Origin: Pseudomonas phage PaBG
Direction: 5' to 3' (one strand)
DNA length: 64,000 bases
Sequence record: KF147891.1
Shown here: positions 18,264-28,905 of the stretch, in pieces
How positions within the stretch are numbered: position 1 is the first letter of the stretch
Layout: the number at the start of each line of letters is the position of its first letter
The notes under the pieces: generated by a model
Databases searched by the model: none
The model's input: only the letters and a program-made list of their open reading frames with translations
Told to the model about the DNA's origin: nothing
Position numbers and translations under genes: made by a program

Positions 18264-18823
18264 TGCTTACTGATGGACTTACTCTGGCCGCTGGCTCTGG
18301 GTTGGGCATCAAGATGCTCGACGACGCCCGCCGCGGCCCAGCTTTTCCCGCAGGTGCAAACGGTGACCTGTGGGAACTCACGCAACAATCTGGAAACGAC
18401 GGCCCTGGGATTTACGAGTTCTTCAACGGCTCGTGGATTCTTCGCAATCCTGCGTTCAGTGCGCTGTCGTATGATCTGTCGGGTACCGTCCTCGGACGTC
18501 CCGATCCCGGCGCGAAAGTGCTGTACTCCGTAGCAGCTCGGACGTTCTATATCCAAGCTGCGATGGCAGGCGCAGTGGCTCACGCATTGCAACCGAGCAG
18601 CACAGAGCAGGTGTACACCGTGCTCGTTACTCGGGGGCTGGAAACCATCGCCATAGGTTCGTTTACGTTCTCTCAAGGCGCCGAAGCAGGAGTGTTCACC
18701 CCGGCAAGTTCGGAACCCATCCGAATCCAACGTGGTGACGTTATTCTGGTCACGGCACCTGATGTAATCGATCAAAACCTGGCGGACATTTCGTTCACCT
18801 TGTGTGGATACCTCTCAGTCTAA
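18263..18823 (+). CDS. hypothetical protein
   Basis: 186 aa, ATGA-coupled to upstream gene. Confidence 0.5.
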   Translation: MLTDGLTLAAGSGLGIKMLDDARRGPAFPAGANGDLWELTQQSGNDGPGIYEFFNGSWILRNPAFSALSYDLSGTVLGRPDPGAKVLYSVAARTFYIQAAMAGAVAHALQPSSTEQVYTVLVTRGLETIAIGSFTFSQGAEAGVFTPASSEPIRIQRGDVILVTAPDVIDQNLADISFTLCGYLSV

Positions 18824-18835
18824 CGGAGACTTCTT

Positions 18836-19828
18836 ATGGCTGGTAAAATGATCAAGCGTACCAAACTCGCAGGTCTGGGCGCTGTCGCAACTCAACTGTT
18901 CCTCGACCTGAAAGAAGCTGGCCTGACTCAAGTCCTGCCTGCGACTGGTCAAAACTTCACGCTGGCTTCCGGTGCCGGCAAGTTCGTCATGGACTCCTCG
19001 CTGACCGTCAACCCGAAGCACGCTACCCAACCGTGGCGTATGCTGGTCGACGTGAGCGGCGCCACTGGCGGTGCTGGTCAAATCAAGATCGCCTTCGCCA
19101 ACCCGGAGCAGATCAGCAATGCCGGTGCTACCTCGTCCTTCCCTGGCAGCGTCGATACCAACGGTGCTCGCATCATGGGGCAACTGGGTGCTGCCTGGAA
19201 CAAAGCATCCAGCTCGGCACTGGGCGATGTGTTCGTCAACCGCAGCATCGCCAACCAGACCTTCGACGCCGGTACCACGATCAGCTACGTGCTGACTGCC
19301 ACCGAACGCGGTATCGCCTTCTTCATCTGGGACGAAGCCAGCGATGCCTCTCCGAAGTTCTCGTGGTTCCTGGTGCAGAGCGCTGTCAACAAGGACACCG
19401 GCGCTCCGCGCGTCGATGAACTGAGCCCGATCTTCTGCGTCTACTCCTGCGACGCGCAACAGCCGCAGAAGTTCGTGATCAGCGAATCCGACATCTTCCG
19501 TCCGACCGTATCCAAGCCGGCCGACGAAGACAGCATCGACAGCGCTGCGATCCTGAACTCCAAGCAGCAGGTCGCCATCGCCATCGGCAACAAGTACCTG
19601 GTGACCTTCCCGAATCGTCTGAACACGGATCGTTACGCCTACACCGACGAGCTGGACATGATCGCCTACACCAGCGCCGACGTTATCTCGGAAGACTCCG
19701 AAATCCCGGTGCGTCCGTACGGTGAGTCCGTGGATCGCGTGTACCGCGCGTTCAAGGCCAACGGCGCCAACAACACCGGTATGCGTCTGCTGATGCTCGT
19801 AGAAGGCGGCGGCATCGACGCGGTCTAA
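18836..19828 (+). CDS. abundant virion structural protein candidate (330 aa)
   Basis: GGAG RBS. Immediately followed by the strongest intrinsic terminator in the window, suggesting high expression. Confidence 0.5.
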   Translation: MAGKMIKRTKLAGLGAVATQLFLDLKEAGLTQVLPATGQNFTLASGAGKFVMDSSLTVNPKHATQPWRMLVDVSGATGGAGQIKIAFANPEQISNAGATSSFPGSVDTNGARIMGQLGAAWNKASSSALGDVFVNRSIANQTFDAGTTISYVLTATERGIAFFIWDEASDASPKFSWFLVQSAVNKDTGAPRVDELSPIFCVYSCDAQQPQKFVISESDIFRPTVSKPADEDSIDSAAILNSKQQVAIAIGNKYLVTFPNRLNTDRYAYTDELDMIAYTSADVISEDSEIPVRPYGESVDRVYRAFKANGANNTGMRLLMLVEGGGIDAV

Positions 19829-19840
19829 GACCGGGTAACT

Positions 19841-19884
19841 CCAAAAGGGGCTAAGGTCTAGGACTTTAGTCCCTTTTTCGTTTC
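19841..19884 (+). terminator. rho-independent terminator
   Basis: A-tract, 12-bp stem GGGGCUAAGGUC/GGACUUUAGUCCC with a 3-nt loop, then TTTTTCGTTTC. Confidence 0.75.
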
Positions 19885-19896
19885 TGGAGCCACGAT

Positions 19897-22869
19897 ATGT
19901 ACATTCCTGTAAGTCTTGCGAATGGTGCAACCTTCGTAGATTGCGTGGTCGATGTGAGCGGTACCCTTGTGGCTGCGTGTGCTGTTCGGTACGAAGGCCA
20001 AGATTACGCTCCTGGTGTGGAAATTCAGGTAGAGCGTACAAAGACTGTACGCTTGAGTACGACCGTATCGGCGTATGCTGAAATCTCCGTGATGCTCGCA
20101 GGCAAGCAGCATTACTGGTATGTCGATCTGCCGAAGAGCCTTCGCTACGTTGCCGCAAACGAGTATAAGTCGGTAACGGGCACAACCTACGGTAGCCTGC
20201 TGAACACTCAGACCCAAACGTCCCGCGCTTTTACACCCACTGGAACATTCACTGGCGGTGATGCAGTTGCCGCCATCGACTTCGTTAAGAAGGACATCTG
20301 GTTCTTCAACACCAGCAATGAAGTCAAGAAACTCACCATTGCAACGCAGCCCATTGCTGTGCTGTTCGTTCCGCGCTGGAGCGCCGTCGATGGCGTTACC
20401 ACAACCTGCTATATCGCCACAGCATCGCAACTGCTTCGTTTGGACGCCAGCTTCAACGTGGCGGAGACCTTCGAAGTTGAAGCTGGCGTGGTTGCTGCGT
20501 CCGGCGACGTTGACGGCAACATCGTTCTCGCGTATGCCGACAAGCTGGTTCGCTGGAAGGACAACGCGGTACTTGCCACGATCGTCGCACCCAACCTGAG
20601 CGCCGTGCATTCGCTGTTCGTAACGCCTGCCAACGACTACGTGGTCGGGTGTGCTGCCGGGCTGACTATCAGCAAGTTCGAGGGCGGTAGCTGGGTTACG
20701 ACCACGATCAACACTTATACGGGCCGCTACTGGGCCTTTGACATCAACGATACCTTCCTGTATGCGGTTGATGCAGGTAACCGACTGGTCGCCAAGATTT
20801 CTCTTGCCGACTATGCGTACACGCCCGTGTATTTCGACAAGGTACCACGAGACGTTGTTGTCAACGGTGACGATGTTTACGTGTCTTTCTTGAACGATGC
20901 AACGGCCAAGCGCTTCGACAAGGAACTGACCACAAGCCAAGACGTAACCGCCCTCAAGAGTTTTGGTGCAGCGTTCCTCGGTGCCTATCTGGTGACCGAC
21001 CTGTACTCGAACGCGGCGGACGTCACGCTTGCAGAGCCTGCTGTAACAGCAGCCGTGAACCTCGTGGACAATATGCCACGATCGGAAGAAGTCGAACATC
21101 AGTGGACCGTTGACTGGGTACGCCCGGAGTTCGTTCGTCTGGGTACTACCGATGTCGTGATGCGCGTCAACGGCACGCCGTTCACGTCAGGTTATCTGCG
21201 GTCCGGTGACCTGGTCACGTTCACGATTCCCGCGACCAGTGAATGGTACTTCGATCGGAACGTGTCGCTCATCGGGCGCCGTGCTGTTACGTTCCGCTTC
21301 CGCACTGTACCTAAGTTGTACCCGGATACGGTGACCTTGCCACAGGTCCTCGAGGCCTTCCTGAAGGTAGAGTATTTGGAGAGCTTTGTCGTCGCTGGTA
21401 TGACGTACGGGTTCACTACTACTGTGAGCACAGGCTCTCCAGAGCTCCTGTTCTCTGTCAATGGCGGTGCTTTCGGGACCACAGGTACCATCAAGAACGA
21501 CGACGTTGTGGACGTGTCCGTGCGTATCACCTCGTTGATTTCGCAACGTACCGCACACGACATCCTCGTGGATGATGCCGAGCAGCACGTGGCGTCTACC
21601 TGGACGGTACTCCCGATGACGCTCAACGGCGTCACGAAGCGCAACACTTCGGAAGTATTGAAGCCTCGCTTCGGTGAGCTGCACGTTCAGTCTGCAATCG
21701 AGACGCTCGACCCGTTCACACCCACGCTGTCTCCGTATGTCACCGTCGGGTACGATTCTGCCCAGTGGGAATTGGCAACTGACCGTGAAGCGTTCACGAC
21801 TCAGTACGGCTGCACCAAACACAGCCAAGCGACAGTCGGAATCAGCGACGTGGCTCAATGGCTCATCAACTCCAAAGAGGTCAGCTTCGCCAAAGCCTCG
21901 CAGGGCCTGCACGTCCGCTACTCCCACGTCGTCAGTACAGACGCCGCCTACAGTGTAAATGCAAGTGCAGTGACCTTCCCCGGTGACACCGAAGTTGCAT
22001 TGGTCGAGGCAGGCACTGTGGTGCATGCAAATGGGGTATACGCCATCGCTGCACAGTTCGCAGGCGCTGAGTTGTCTGCGGTGTACGCCATTGCTGCCCA
22101 GCATGCCTTTGCCGAACTCTCGGCAGAGTATTCTCTGGTGCCTGATGTGGTACGTCTGGAGATTGAGGCTGACTATGCGCGCGTCCCTGGCTATACTCGC
22201 ATTGGTGTTGATGCTGATTGGGTTAGACCTTTGGGTGCTGAGCGCTACCTGACGTCAGCCGTCTACCAAGTGTTTGAATCTGGCGAGCGCGCTCCAGTGC
22301 AAGCCGCTTACGAGCTTGGTGTCAAAGGCAAGCGTGCAGTGTTCGAGGCCCAGCCTTCGCTGTCGTGGCGTTATCCGATGTCGGAAATCGAAACCCAGAT
22401 GCTGCGTCGTGTGTCCAACGGCACCTACGTCATCGCTGGGCAGTACGATGTGCGCGAAGCAACAAACGTGCTGGAGTTTTCCGCGTCTGTGGTGTTGCGT
22501 CCGTCGGTTGAACTCTACGGCATGCACACTGTCTTCGAGCGACGTTCCAGCAACACTCGCTTTGAAGTGCAGCAGAATGTCGAGCGCCGCACCAGCAACA
22601 CCATGTTGGTCGATCGCCCGGTTGTGGAGTTTATCCACTCTCAGCGCATCGGATACGCGCTTTCGGAAGACGCCAGTGCATTCTTCACGTCGCAAGAAGA
22701 CGCGGAAGCCTATGCAGCGAGCATCAACCTGAGCGCCGGTGTTGTGTACAAGCAGATCAACGGAAAGTGGGTGTTCACGCTGACGCCGACCTCTTCCTCC
22801 GCTTCGTGTCCGCTTGGTGAACTGCCACCTGCGGCTTCGCGGCGCTTCGGTTACGTTGGAGGTGGTTAA
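19897..22869 (+). CDS. large virion structural protein (990 aa) with internal 15-aa tandem duplication
   Basis: GGAG RBS. Beta-rich. 'VYAIAAQFAGAELSA / VYAIAAQHAFAELSA' duplication at 22036-22125. Confidence 0.6.
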   Translation: MYIPVSLANGATFVDCVVDVSGTLVAACAVRYEGQDYAPGVEIQVERTKTVRLSTTVSAYAEISVMLAGKQHYWYVDLPKSLRYVAANEYKSVTGTTYGSLLNTQTQTSRAFTPTGTFTGGDAVAAIDFVKKDIWFFNTSNEVKKLTIATQPIAVLFVPRWSAVDGVTTTCYIATASQLLRLDASFNVAETFEVEAGVVAASGDVDGNIVLAYADKLVRWKDNAVLATIVAPNLSAVHSLFVTPANDYVVGCAAGLTISKFEGGSWVTTTINTYTGRYWAFDINDTFLYAVDAGNRLVAKISLADYAYTPVYFDKVPRDVVVNGDDVYVSFLNDATAKRFDKELTTSQDVTALKSFGAAFLGAYLVTDLYSNAADVTLAEPAVTAAVNLVDNMPRSEEVEHQWTVDWVRPEFVRLGTTDVVMRVNGTPFTSGYLRSGDLVTFTIPATSEWYFDRNVSLIGRRAVTFRFRTVPKLYPDTVTLPQVLEAFLKVEYLESFVVAGMTYGFTTTVSTGSPELLFSVNGGAFGTTGTIKNDDVVDVSVRITSLISQRTAHDILVDDAEQHVASTWTVLPMTLNGVTKRNTSEVLKPRFGELHVQSAIETLDPFTPTLSPYVTVGYDSAQWELATDREAFTTQYGCTKHSQATVGISDVAQWLINSKEVSFAKASQGLHVRYSHVVSTDAAYSVNASAVTFPGDTEVALVEAGTVVHANGVYAIAAQFAGAELSAVYAIAAQHAFAELSAEYSLVPDVVRLEIEADYARVPGYTRIGVDADWVRPLGAERYLTSAVYQVFESGERAPVQAAYELGVKGKRAVFEAQPSLSWRYPMSEIETQMLRRVSNGTYVIAGQYDVREATNVLEFSASVVLRPSVELYGMHTVFERRSSNTRFEVQQNVERRTSNTMLVDRPVVEFIHSQRIGYALSEDASAFFTSQEDAEAYAASINLSAGVVYKQINGKWVFTLTPTSSSASCPLGELPPAASRRFGYVGGG

Positions 22870-23396
22870 TGCTTAGTTCCGAGGTGTTTCGTTTTGCCAA
22901 GCCCGGAATCGCCGTGCTGACAGGTGTGGTCAAGGCCGCATCTGTCGGTGTGACGAATACCCCGTTCGTTGACTCGATTGCTATGGTGCCTAAAAACCGT
23001 GCCTTGTTCGATGTCATCGCTGCTGATGGCCGCGTGCTCAACCGTGCAGAAGGGTTCGAGCCTGACTACTGGTTCGATAATGGCAACCTTGTTGTGCGTC
23101 AAGCAGGTAGCTATACACTGCGCGAGTACGACAAGATCGGTCCTTTCGAGGATGCCGTTGTCAAGCCAGGTAGAAACTTCGTGCTGTCCGATGGCGGCGC
23201 CTTTCGTGTAGGCGTACCGTTCTGGCCGCAGGTGCTGTCTCAGCCTGAGAATGGCGTAGCGCGAGTTTCCAATGACGGAAAGAGCCTGGCGTATGTCTCG
23301 CAGGGTTTCCGAGGTCAAGCCTCGTTTGCGTATCGCATGGTCAACGCTTACGGTCAAGTGAGTGAGCCTGCGTGCGCGTACATCACAGCAATATAA
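22869..23396 (+). CDS. hypothetical protein
   Basis: GGAGGTGG RBS, ATGA-type coupling, 175 aa. Confidence 0.5.
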   Translation: MLSSEVFRFAKPGIAVLTGVVKAASVGVTNTPFVDSIAMVPKNRALFDVIAADGRVLNRAEGFEPDYWFDNGNLVVRQAGSYTLREYDKIGPFEDAVVKPGRNFVLSDGGAFRVGVPFWPQVLSQPENGVARVSNDGKSLAYVSQGFRGQASFAYRMVNAYGQVSEPACAYITAI

Positions 23397-23404
23397 ACGC
23401 AACA

Positions 23405-23436
23405 GGCTGTGGAGCTGAGGCTCTACGGCCTTTTTG
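23405..23436 (+). terminator. rho-independent terminator
   Basis: 11-bp stem GGCUGUGGAGC/GCUCUACGGCC (two G-U pairs), loop UGAG, then TTTTT. Confidence 0.65.
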
Positions 23437-23469
23437 CGTATCTATGCCAACATTTTTACGGGGAATCAT

Positions 23470-25233
23470 ATGAAACTCGTTCCGTTGCGGCGCAAAGGAA
23501 TTCCGGCGCGCAGCGCAGTCGCAGGCTTTCGCGACGGCAAAGCGTACTACGGAGATTACGAGGTAACCCGCGTGGCTGAAAACAACTACGCAGCCCAACA
23601 AGATTTTCGCTGGCGAGTCCGCGACAATCTGCTGTTGGAGTCTGAGAGTTCCTCCTGCTTTCAGCGTATCGCTGGTCGTCCTGACATCATTGATTACGCA
23701 CCTATCGGCACCCTCCGTGGAGTGCGCAACATGCTGTTCACTTCGCAGCTTGGGGTTACCGCTGGAAAGAAGTTCTATTTCAGTAAGGGCTTTCTGGTAA
23801 GCGAGGACAACAAGATTCGACTGAACGCTGTCCATGTGTCTGGAAGCACTACCACGCAGTTCTCGGACCTGACGTATAACCATGGGGAGTTCCTGTTCGA
23901 GACAGTCGATTACTTCTGCATGCGGTTAATCAGAGGTCCACGCGAGTTCTCCAACAACGCAAACTCTACCTATCTTGTCATGGTGTCTAAGCGCCCGTTC
24001 GATTTGGCGAACGTGTACGTTGCAAGTGGCGTTGTGGATTTTGTCTACTTGGGTAAAAATCGCGCCACGTCTGCGGATGGTCGGCACACTCTGTTGATGT
24101 TGGCTTCAGGTCTTGCTACGGAATCCGGCAACGCTGTCCTACATTCAACAACGCTGACCAAAATCGCCGAAGCTACCGTGATCAGCTTGGAGAACGAGAA
24201 TGCCCCATCCGTCGCTGCCTCATGGAAGTACCTGATCACTGGACGTACTATCGGCGGTGGGCGCGTAGGTTCGACACTAGACTTGACCAAGTTTACACCG
24301 ACCTTCGTGCGAGACATGGTTGAGTACGACAACGATGGCTTCATCAAGCGGATTGCCTACGTTGGACACGTACCAGAGCTCGGTGCCGAGCAGTGGAACT
24401 ATACGGGATCGTCGCAGCCCGTGACTTTTCAAGAGACACTTGGCGTCAACCACTTAGAGTTCTCCACTCGAGGCGATGACTCCGCACCGTACATCACTGT
24501 GGCGTATCAGCCAATACCTCTGTCTGCTGCGATGTTGGCAGCGACACCGTCAATCATAGCTACCGACAGTACGCATCAGTTCGTGACGTTGGCGACATTA
24601 GCGGCTTGGAAGCACGGCTCTAAGTTTTACGTGGCTGCATACGGTTCTATGGGTATGGCAAAATACCTACGCCGCTACGCAGCACAGGCTCCAGTATATC
24701 CGCTGACTGTGTTCTCTTACGATGTGGATGCCGCGAACGTGCTGTCCAACAGACAAGTCCACGAGTTCCCGGTCGATGGTGGCGTACAAGCGCAATTGGG
24801 TACGTACCTGGTTTCGGCAGATGGTGGTTACGTTTGGTTCCCTAGCCACAGTAACGGTAGCGTTGTGTGTCTTGACGTAACTGGCGCAACCCCGCAACTG
24901 CACGCTGCCTCGATCGGAGGAACGTACTTCCAATTCATGGGAGTTCACGGCGATCAATTTATGGGCCTACAGGACAACGTGCCGTACATGATGCGCCCAA
25001 CCCCAGACGCGACGTTCACGATGACATTCGACAAGACGGAGTACCTAAGAGGAGAATCTGGTGTTCTGTCAGTTTCGGCATCCAGTGATTGCATCGTGAA
25101 GGTGCGTCTTTTCGGCTGCGTGACCCAGCAACGTGAAACGGAATTGGATGTTGTCTTGACCGCGGACACACCAGAACTCATAAGCGTGCTGGTGAACTCT
25201 GACCCGATCGCACAAATCATTGAAGTGGAGTGA
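23470..25233 (+). CDS. receptor-binding/structural protein, paralogue A of a three-gene tandem family
   Basis: GGGGA RBS before ATG 23470. Shares a 'G[VIA]TAG[KN]' segment and a ~70-aa C-terminal module with the next two genes. Confidence 0.6.
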   Translation: MKLVPLRRKGIPARSAVAGFRDGKAYYGDYEVTRVAENNYAAQQDFRWRVRDNLLLESESSSCFQRIAGRPDIIDYAPIGTLRGVRNMLFTSQLGVTAGKKFYFSKGFLVSEDNKIRLNAVHVSGSTTTQFSDLTYNHGEFLFETVDYFCMRLIRGPREFSNNANSTYLVMVSKRPFDLANVYVASGVVDFVYLGKNRATSADGRHTLLMLASGLATESGNAVLHSTTLTKIAEATVISLENENAPSVAASWKYLITGRTIGGGRVGSTLDLTKFTPTFVRDMVEYDNDGFIKRIAYVGHVPELGAEQWNYTGSSQPVTFQETLGVNHLEFSTRGDDSAPYITVAYQPIPLSAAMLAATPSIIATDSTHQFVTLATLAAWKHGSKFYVAAYGSMGMAKYLRRYAAQAPVYPLTVFSYDVDAANVLSNRQVHEFPVDGGVQAQLGTYLVSADGGYVWFPSHSNGSVVCLDVTGATPQLHAASIGGTYFQFMGVHGDQFMGLQDNVPYMMRPTPDATFTMTFDKTEYLRGESGVLSVSASSDCIVKVRLFGCVTQQRETELDVVLTADTPELISVLVNSDPIAQIIEVE

Positions 25234-25237
25234 TCAA

Positions 25238-27121
25238 ATGCGCGTGGCTAAAATAGCAAGACGCCAAAAGAGCCCGGTGAGCCCACAGTTCGGCGAGCAC
25301 TTCGGGAAAATTTTCAGTGATGATCTGTACGAAGACGGACTACCCAGGCCGCGCTTCCCGTACATGCGCAATGCTCCAGCGCAAACCTGGGTGGGCATGG
25401 TCCCAAATCAAGTGGTGTCTACCCAGCAGTGCTCGTTCACGCCAGGCACTGGCCTTGGGACTATTGGTGTGTCTGTGGCAAGTCTTCCCCACATTAACGG
25501 ACACAACAGCGAGTGGTTCTGGTCAACCAAGGGCATCACTGCAGGGAACCGCTACCGTTCGTACAACGGACGTATGTACGATCAGAACGGGGAGATTTAC
25601 TTCTCCCCATACAACATCGGTCAGACGTTCTATGACGGTGATACCGTTGTTGCCGGTTGGGGACTGGAGATCGTATACGAGACTGCTCAGGTCTTCTTGA
25701 TCAAGTTGATTGCCCGTCCAAGCACGACCTCCTATCAGGGCGTTTTCGATGGTGGTGGTTACGGCACGTGCGCTCTTGCCATGCTGTTCAAGTCCAACAA
25801 GAGCGTGCAAAACGAACTGCTCGGAAACTTCGACATCCACTATCTTGGACGCACGCCAGATAGTGCCCTGGGCGCGAACGACGGAAAGACAACCTTTTTG
25901 GTGCAGTCGCATCTGTTGCGCTCACACTCGTATCAAACTGGCATAGTGGATGACTTGGGTACAAGCACAGGACACGGTGCAAAATTCCACTTGTTGCAGT
26001 TGGACGAGTCCGTGAATATCCAGTCGCACCCTGCTTGGAAGTTCTCGCTTCTGGCAAGAGTCGGCTCTGGCATTCAAGGTTTCATTGCACCAAAGCAGAA
26101 ATTGCTCATTGCCTTCGACAAGTCGACCTGCCGGTACGACGAAGACGACCGCATCGTCGGCTTTTCTTTCGCTGGTGCTGATACTGCTAAAGTTGCCGAA
26201 TCGTGGCCGTTGTTGTCAGCGGCTATGCAATTCGGATTGGACGACAATCTGTCCGTGTTCAACGTGGACTTTACCGGACCTTCGACCTTTGGTGTGGTAG
26301 CGTCTCCGAAGTTGCCTCTGCCTGCCCAGTGGCTTTCCGCCCAATGGTTGCTGAACAGTGGCACATCCAACAACTTCGTACTGTCGCTCGCTAATGGTAA
26401 GTCGTGGTCGTATGTCCATGACGGCCTGAAGTATCTGGCTGTATTCCTGAATGCTACTGGCTTCGATGAATATCGGTACAGCGACACGACCAGCTTTGCC
26501 AACGTGCGTACTCCGCCAGCACTGCCTCCTTTGCTCTTTCGTGCGCCGATCAACGACCAGGGAGTCGTGTCTGGACCGTGGAGTGTGACGGAGTATCCTG
26601 TGCATTTTGGCATTGGTTTGCGCGAACGTGCGATGCTGCTGACTGAATCCAGGAAGCGTCTGGTCATGGCTCACGAACAAGTGCGCTACGCCTTTCGCCA
26701 ACTGAACACGCCGACAGTCGATCCGCAAAACGTCATCGTTACGATTGACGCTGCGACAGGCGAGCATGAAATACACAGGCTGCCAGAGGGCGATCAGTTC
26801 GAGATCGGTATCGTGTCCTTCGGCGTCAGTGGCGAGGATGTTTACGTTCTCACCCGAGATTTCTGCCAATACGTGCTGCGTCCAAATGGCATCCTCCCGA
26901 CGCTGTCGCTGGACAAAGAGACATACCAGCGTGGAGATACCGCGACGCTGACCATCACCGTCCCGGAGTCGTGTCGTGTTAAGCTGGAGCTGTTCGGATG
27001 CAGGTACGAGGGTAACCGCAATATCGATGTCTTGGTCGCCGCAAGCGAGCAACTACAATTAGACGTGGTAGGCTGCGTTGAAGTGCATGTTACCTACTGC
27101 GAACCGGAGGTGCAAGAATGA
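25238..27121 (+). CDS. paralogue B of the three-gene tandem family
   Basis: C-terminal 'LSLDKETYQRGDTATLTITVPESCRVKLELFGC..' parallels 'FDKTEYLRGESGVLSVSASSDCIVKVRLFGC..' in paralogue A. Confidence 0.6.
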   Translation: MRVAKIARRQKSPVSPQFGEHFGKIFSDDLYEDGLPRPRFPYMRNAPAQTWVGMVPNQVVSTQQCSFTPGTGLGTIGVSVASLPHINGHNSEWFWSTKGITAGNRYRSYNGRMYDQNGEIYFSPYNIGQTFYDGDTVVAGWGLEIVYETAQVFLIKLIARPSTTSYQGVFDGGGYGTCALAMLFKSNKSVQNELLGNFDIHYLGRTPDSALGANDGKTTFLVQSHLLRSHSYQTGIVDDLGTSTGHGAKFHLLQLDESVNIQSHPAWKFSLLARVGSGIQGFIAPKQKLLIAFDKSTCRYDEDDRIVGFSFAGADTAKVAESWPLLSAAMQFGLDDNLSVFNVDFTGPSTFGVVASPKLPLPAQWLSAQWLLNSGTSNNFVLSLANGKSWSYVHDGLKYLAVFLNATGFDEYRYSDTTSFANVRTPPALPPLLFRAPINDQGVVSGPWSVTEYPVHFGIGLRERAMLLTESRKRLVMAHEQVRYAFRQLNTPTVDPQNVIVTIDAATGEHEIHRLPEGDQFEIGIVSFGVSGEDVYVLTRDFCQYVLRPNGILPTLSLDKETYQRGDTATLTITVPESCRVKLELFGCRYEGNRNIDVLVAASEQLQLDVVGCVEVHVTYCEPEVQE

Positions 27122-28905
27122 AGATAGTCCAGATGCCCGAGGACTTGAATCGCAGGAGCGAATACTTCGGGCTATATCGTGGAGAGCTGTATTCTGGCGA
27201 CGTGGCCGTATCAGGTAATCCGGTTCCGAAAGCGTCTCGATATTACCCGTCGAAGTCAAAACAGTTTGATGCCATCAAGATGGTGTCTTCCGGCTCCGGG
27301 TACCCGCAAGGAATGTTTATCGACGTTCCGGGTTCTTTGATGGCGGTACAGGGGACGGCCAACTTTGTTGCTGTCGCAAACCCATCGCAGCTACGCGGCG
27401 CACAAAATCAACCGTTTGAGTCCAAGCTCGGCGCCACGGCTGGAAAGACTCTGTTCCAGCACGGCCACAACATCATCGTCAATCAGGACTACGAACAGGA
27501 ATTCAGTATTTCAGGCACTGCACTGAACACGGCAAACGCCAACTCCGAGGGAGTGTCCGCCTTCTTCACCAACGGTCGTATCGTAGGTGAGACGAATACG
27601 CACCTGTTCGTGCACCAATTCCGCTTCGAGGATGGCGGCAACGATGAGTCCGCATTCTACGCACTGCACAAGGTGACTGGTGTTTTGATCCGGGTGCTGC
27701 GCGGGCGCTTTGACCTAGAGTATCTCGGAGAGGATTCCAACTCCAATCCGCTGTTCTGGGTCAACGCACAGCAGCTAACTGATGCTCCTGCGAGCTTCTC
27801 TTTCGTAGGCACAGGAACGGGCGCCGGGTGCGCACAATACCTGATGCGCGGAGTTCCTACTCCAACAGGGGTGGGGAACTTCGTGCAGGTGTACGTCGAG
27901 CGCATGGGCAATGGCGTCGCAAGCGGTGCTTCTGGACGGACCAACTGCGTTACCTTGTGCTCGACTGACGCACCGATCGTCGAGTATGACGGCAACGGTA
28001 AAGTCGCGGCGTTCACCTTGCTCAATACAGACGACACTCGCCTTACGTGCGGCTCCAGCACCTTCCCGGGTTTGCGTGGCGGGTACTACGTCAACTGGTG
28101 TCGATATACGCTCAGTGCGGGCGTGCTGACTCGACAGATTCTCCAACGTATCGACATCACCGAATACGAAGGAGCCGTGTTCAACAACCAAGACCCGTCG
28201 TACGGCAAGTCCTCCTCGCTGATTCAGTGCGTCTACTTCGTTGAGGACAATCAGCTATGCGCAGTCTTTGGTAACGGAGGTGCCCTGACATATCTTCCTT
28301 CGGACAACAGATTTCAGGCCGCCATTCTACCTACGCTGTTACTGCGTGCGTCCGTAGGAGAGCAGAACCAGCTCGGTGAGTTAGAGTGGCAGCGACTCGA
28401 TCTAGCGGTGACGCCCAACTACGTCTTCAACTTCGGAATGCTGGACAAGAAAGCCAAGAAGCTGTGGCAGGTTAGTTCTATGTCCTTCCGCAGGGACTTT
28501 CTTGAAGTGCGTTGCCTGAGTTTGTCGGATGTCCTGTGCGCCGACTACGGATATGTCTCGGGCAAGTCTTTCGCCATGGGTGCTGTGGATGGACGCCTCC
28601 TAGCAGCCGTGCAAGTCGAAGGCAACATGGTCAGGAAGTATCAGTTCGTCTCCGAAGCGGTTGGAGCTAACGTCACTCTGGCTTTCAACCAAGCTGAGTA
28701 CCAAGTCGGAGATACTGCGACGCTTACCGTGAACTCAGACGTTGAGTTGCTGGTCACAGTGGAGCTCGACGGCGGTACGTTCTCGGATACCACAGACTCC
28801 AAAGAGTTTCAGGTGTTCGGCGAACTTCAACTGCCCGTGACGGTCAAAGCTGCGCTCTCCGCCTCCGTGTCCAACATTCGTTTGCCTGAAGAGGTGCCAG
28901 AATGA
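27118..28905 (+). CDS. paralogue C of the three-gene tandem family
   Basis: GGAGGTG RBS. C-terminal 'NQAEYQVGDTATLTVNSDVELLVTVEL..' is the same module. Confidence 0.6.
   Translation: MKIVQMPEDLNRRSEYFGLYRGELYSGDVAVSGNPVPKASRYYPSKSKQFDAIKMVSSGSGYPQGMFIDVPGSLMAVQGTANFVAVANPSQLRGAQNQPFESKLGATAGKTLFQHGHNIIVNQDYEQEFSISGTALNTANANSEGVSAFFTNGRIVGETNTHLFVHQFRFEDGGNDESAFYALHKVTGVLIRVLRGRFDLEYLGEDSNSNPLFWVNAQQLTDAPASFSFVGTGTGAGCAQYLMRGVPTPTGVGNFVQVYVERMGNGVASGASGRTNCVTLCSTDAPIVEYDGNGKVAAFTLLNTDDTRLTCGSSTFPGLRGGYYVNWCRYTLSAGVLTRQILQRIDITEYEGAVFNNQDPSYGKSSSLIQCVYFVEDNQLCAVFGNGGALTYLPSDNRFQAAILPTLLLRASVGEQNQLGELEWQRLDLAVTPNYVFNFGMLDKKAKKLWQVSSMSFRRDFLEVRCLSLSDVLCADYGYVSGKSFAMGAVDGRLLAAVQVEGNMVRKYQFVSEAVGANVTLAFNQAEYQVGDTATLTVNSDVELLVTVELDGGTFSDTTDSKEFQVFGELQLPVTVKAALSASVSNIRLPEEVPE

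Noticed and set aside
18815-21099. - strand ORFs 18815..20185 and 19858..21099
   Set aside because: They cross a strong + strand terminator and overlap two well-supported + genes, and they show amino-acid bias typical of antisense GC-rich frames.
22036-22125. 45-nt tandem duplication (VYAIAAQFAGAELSA / VYAIAAQHAFAELSA) inside the 990-aa structural gene
   Set aside because: It is real in the sequence, but a single in-frame duplication is most simply a slippage or duplication scar, not a repeat array or regulatory element.
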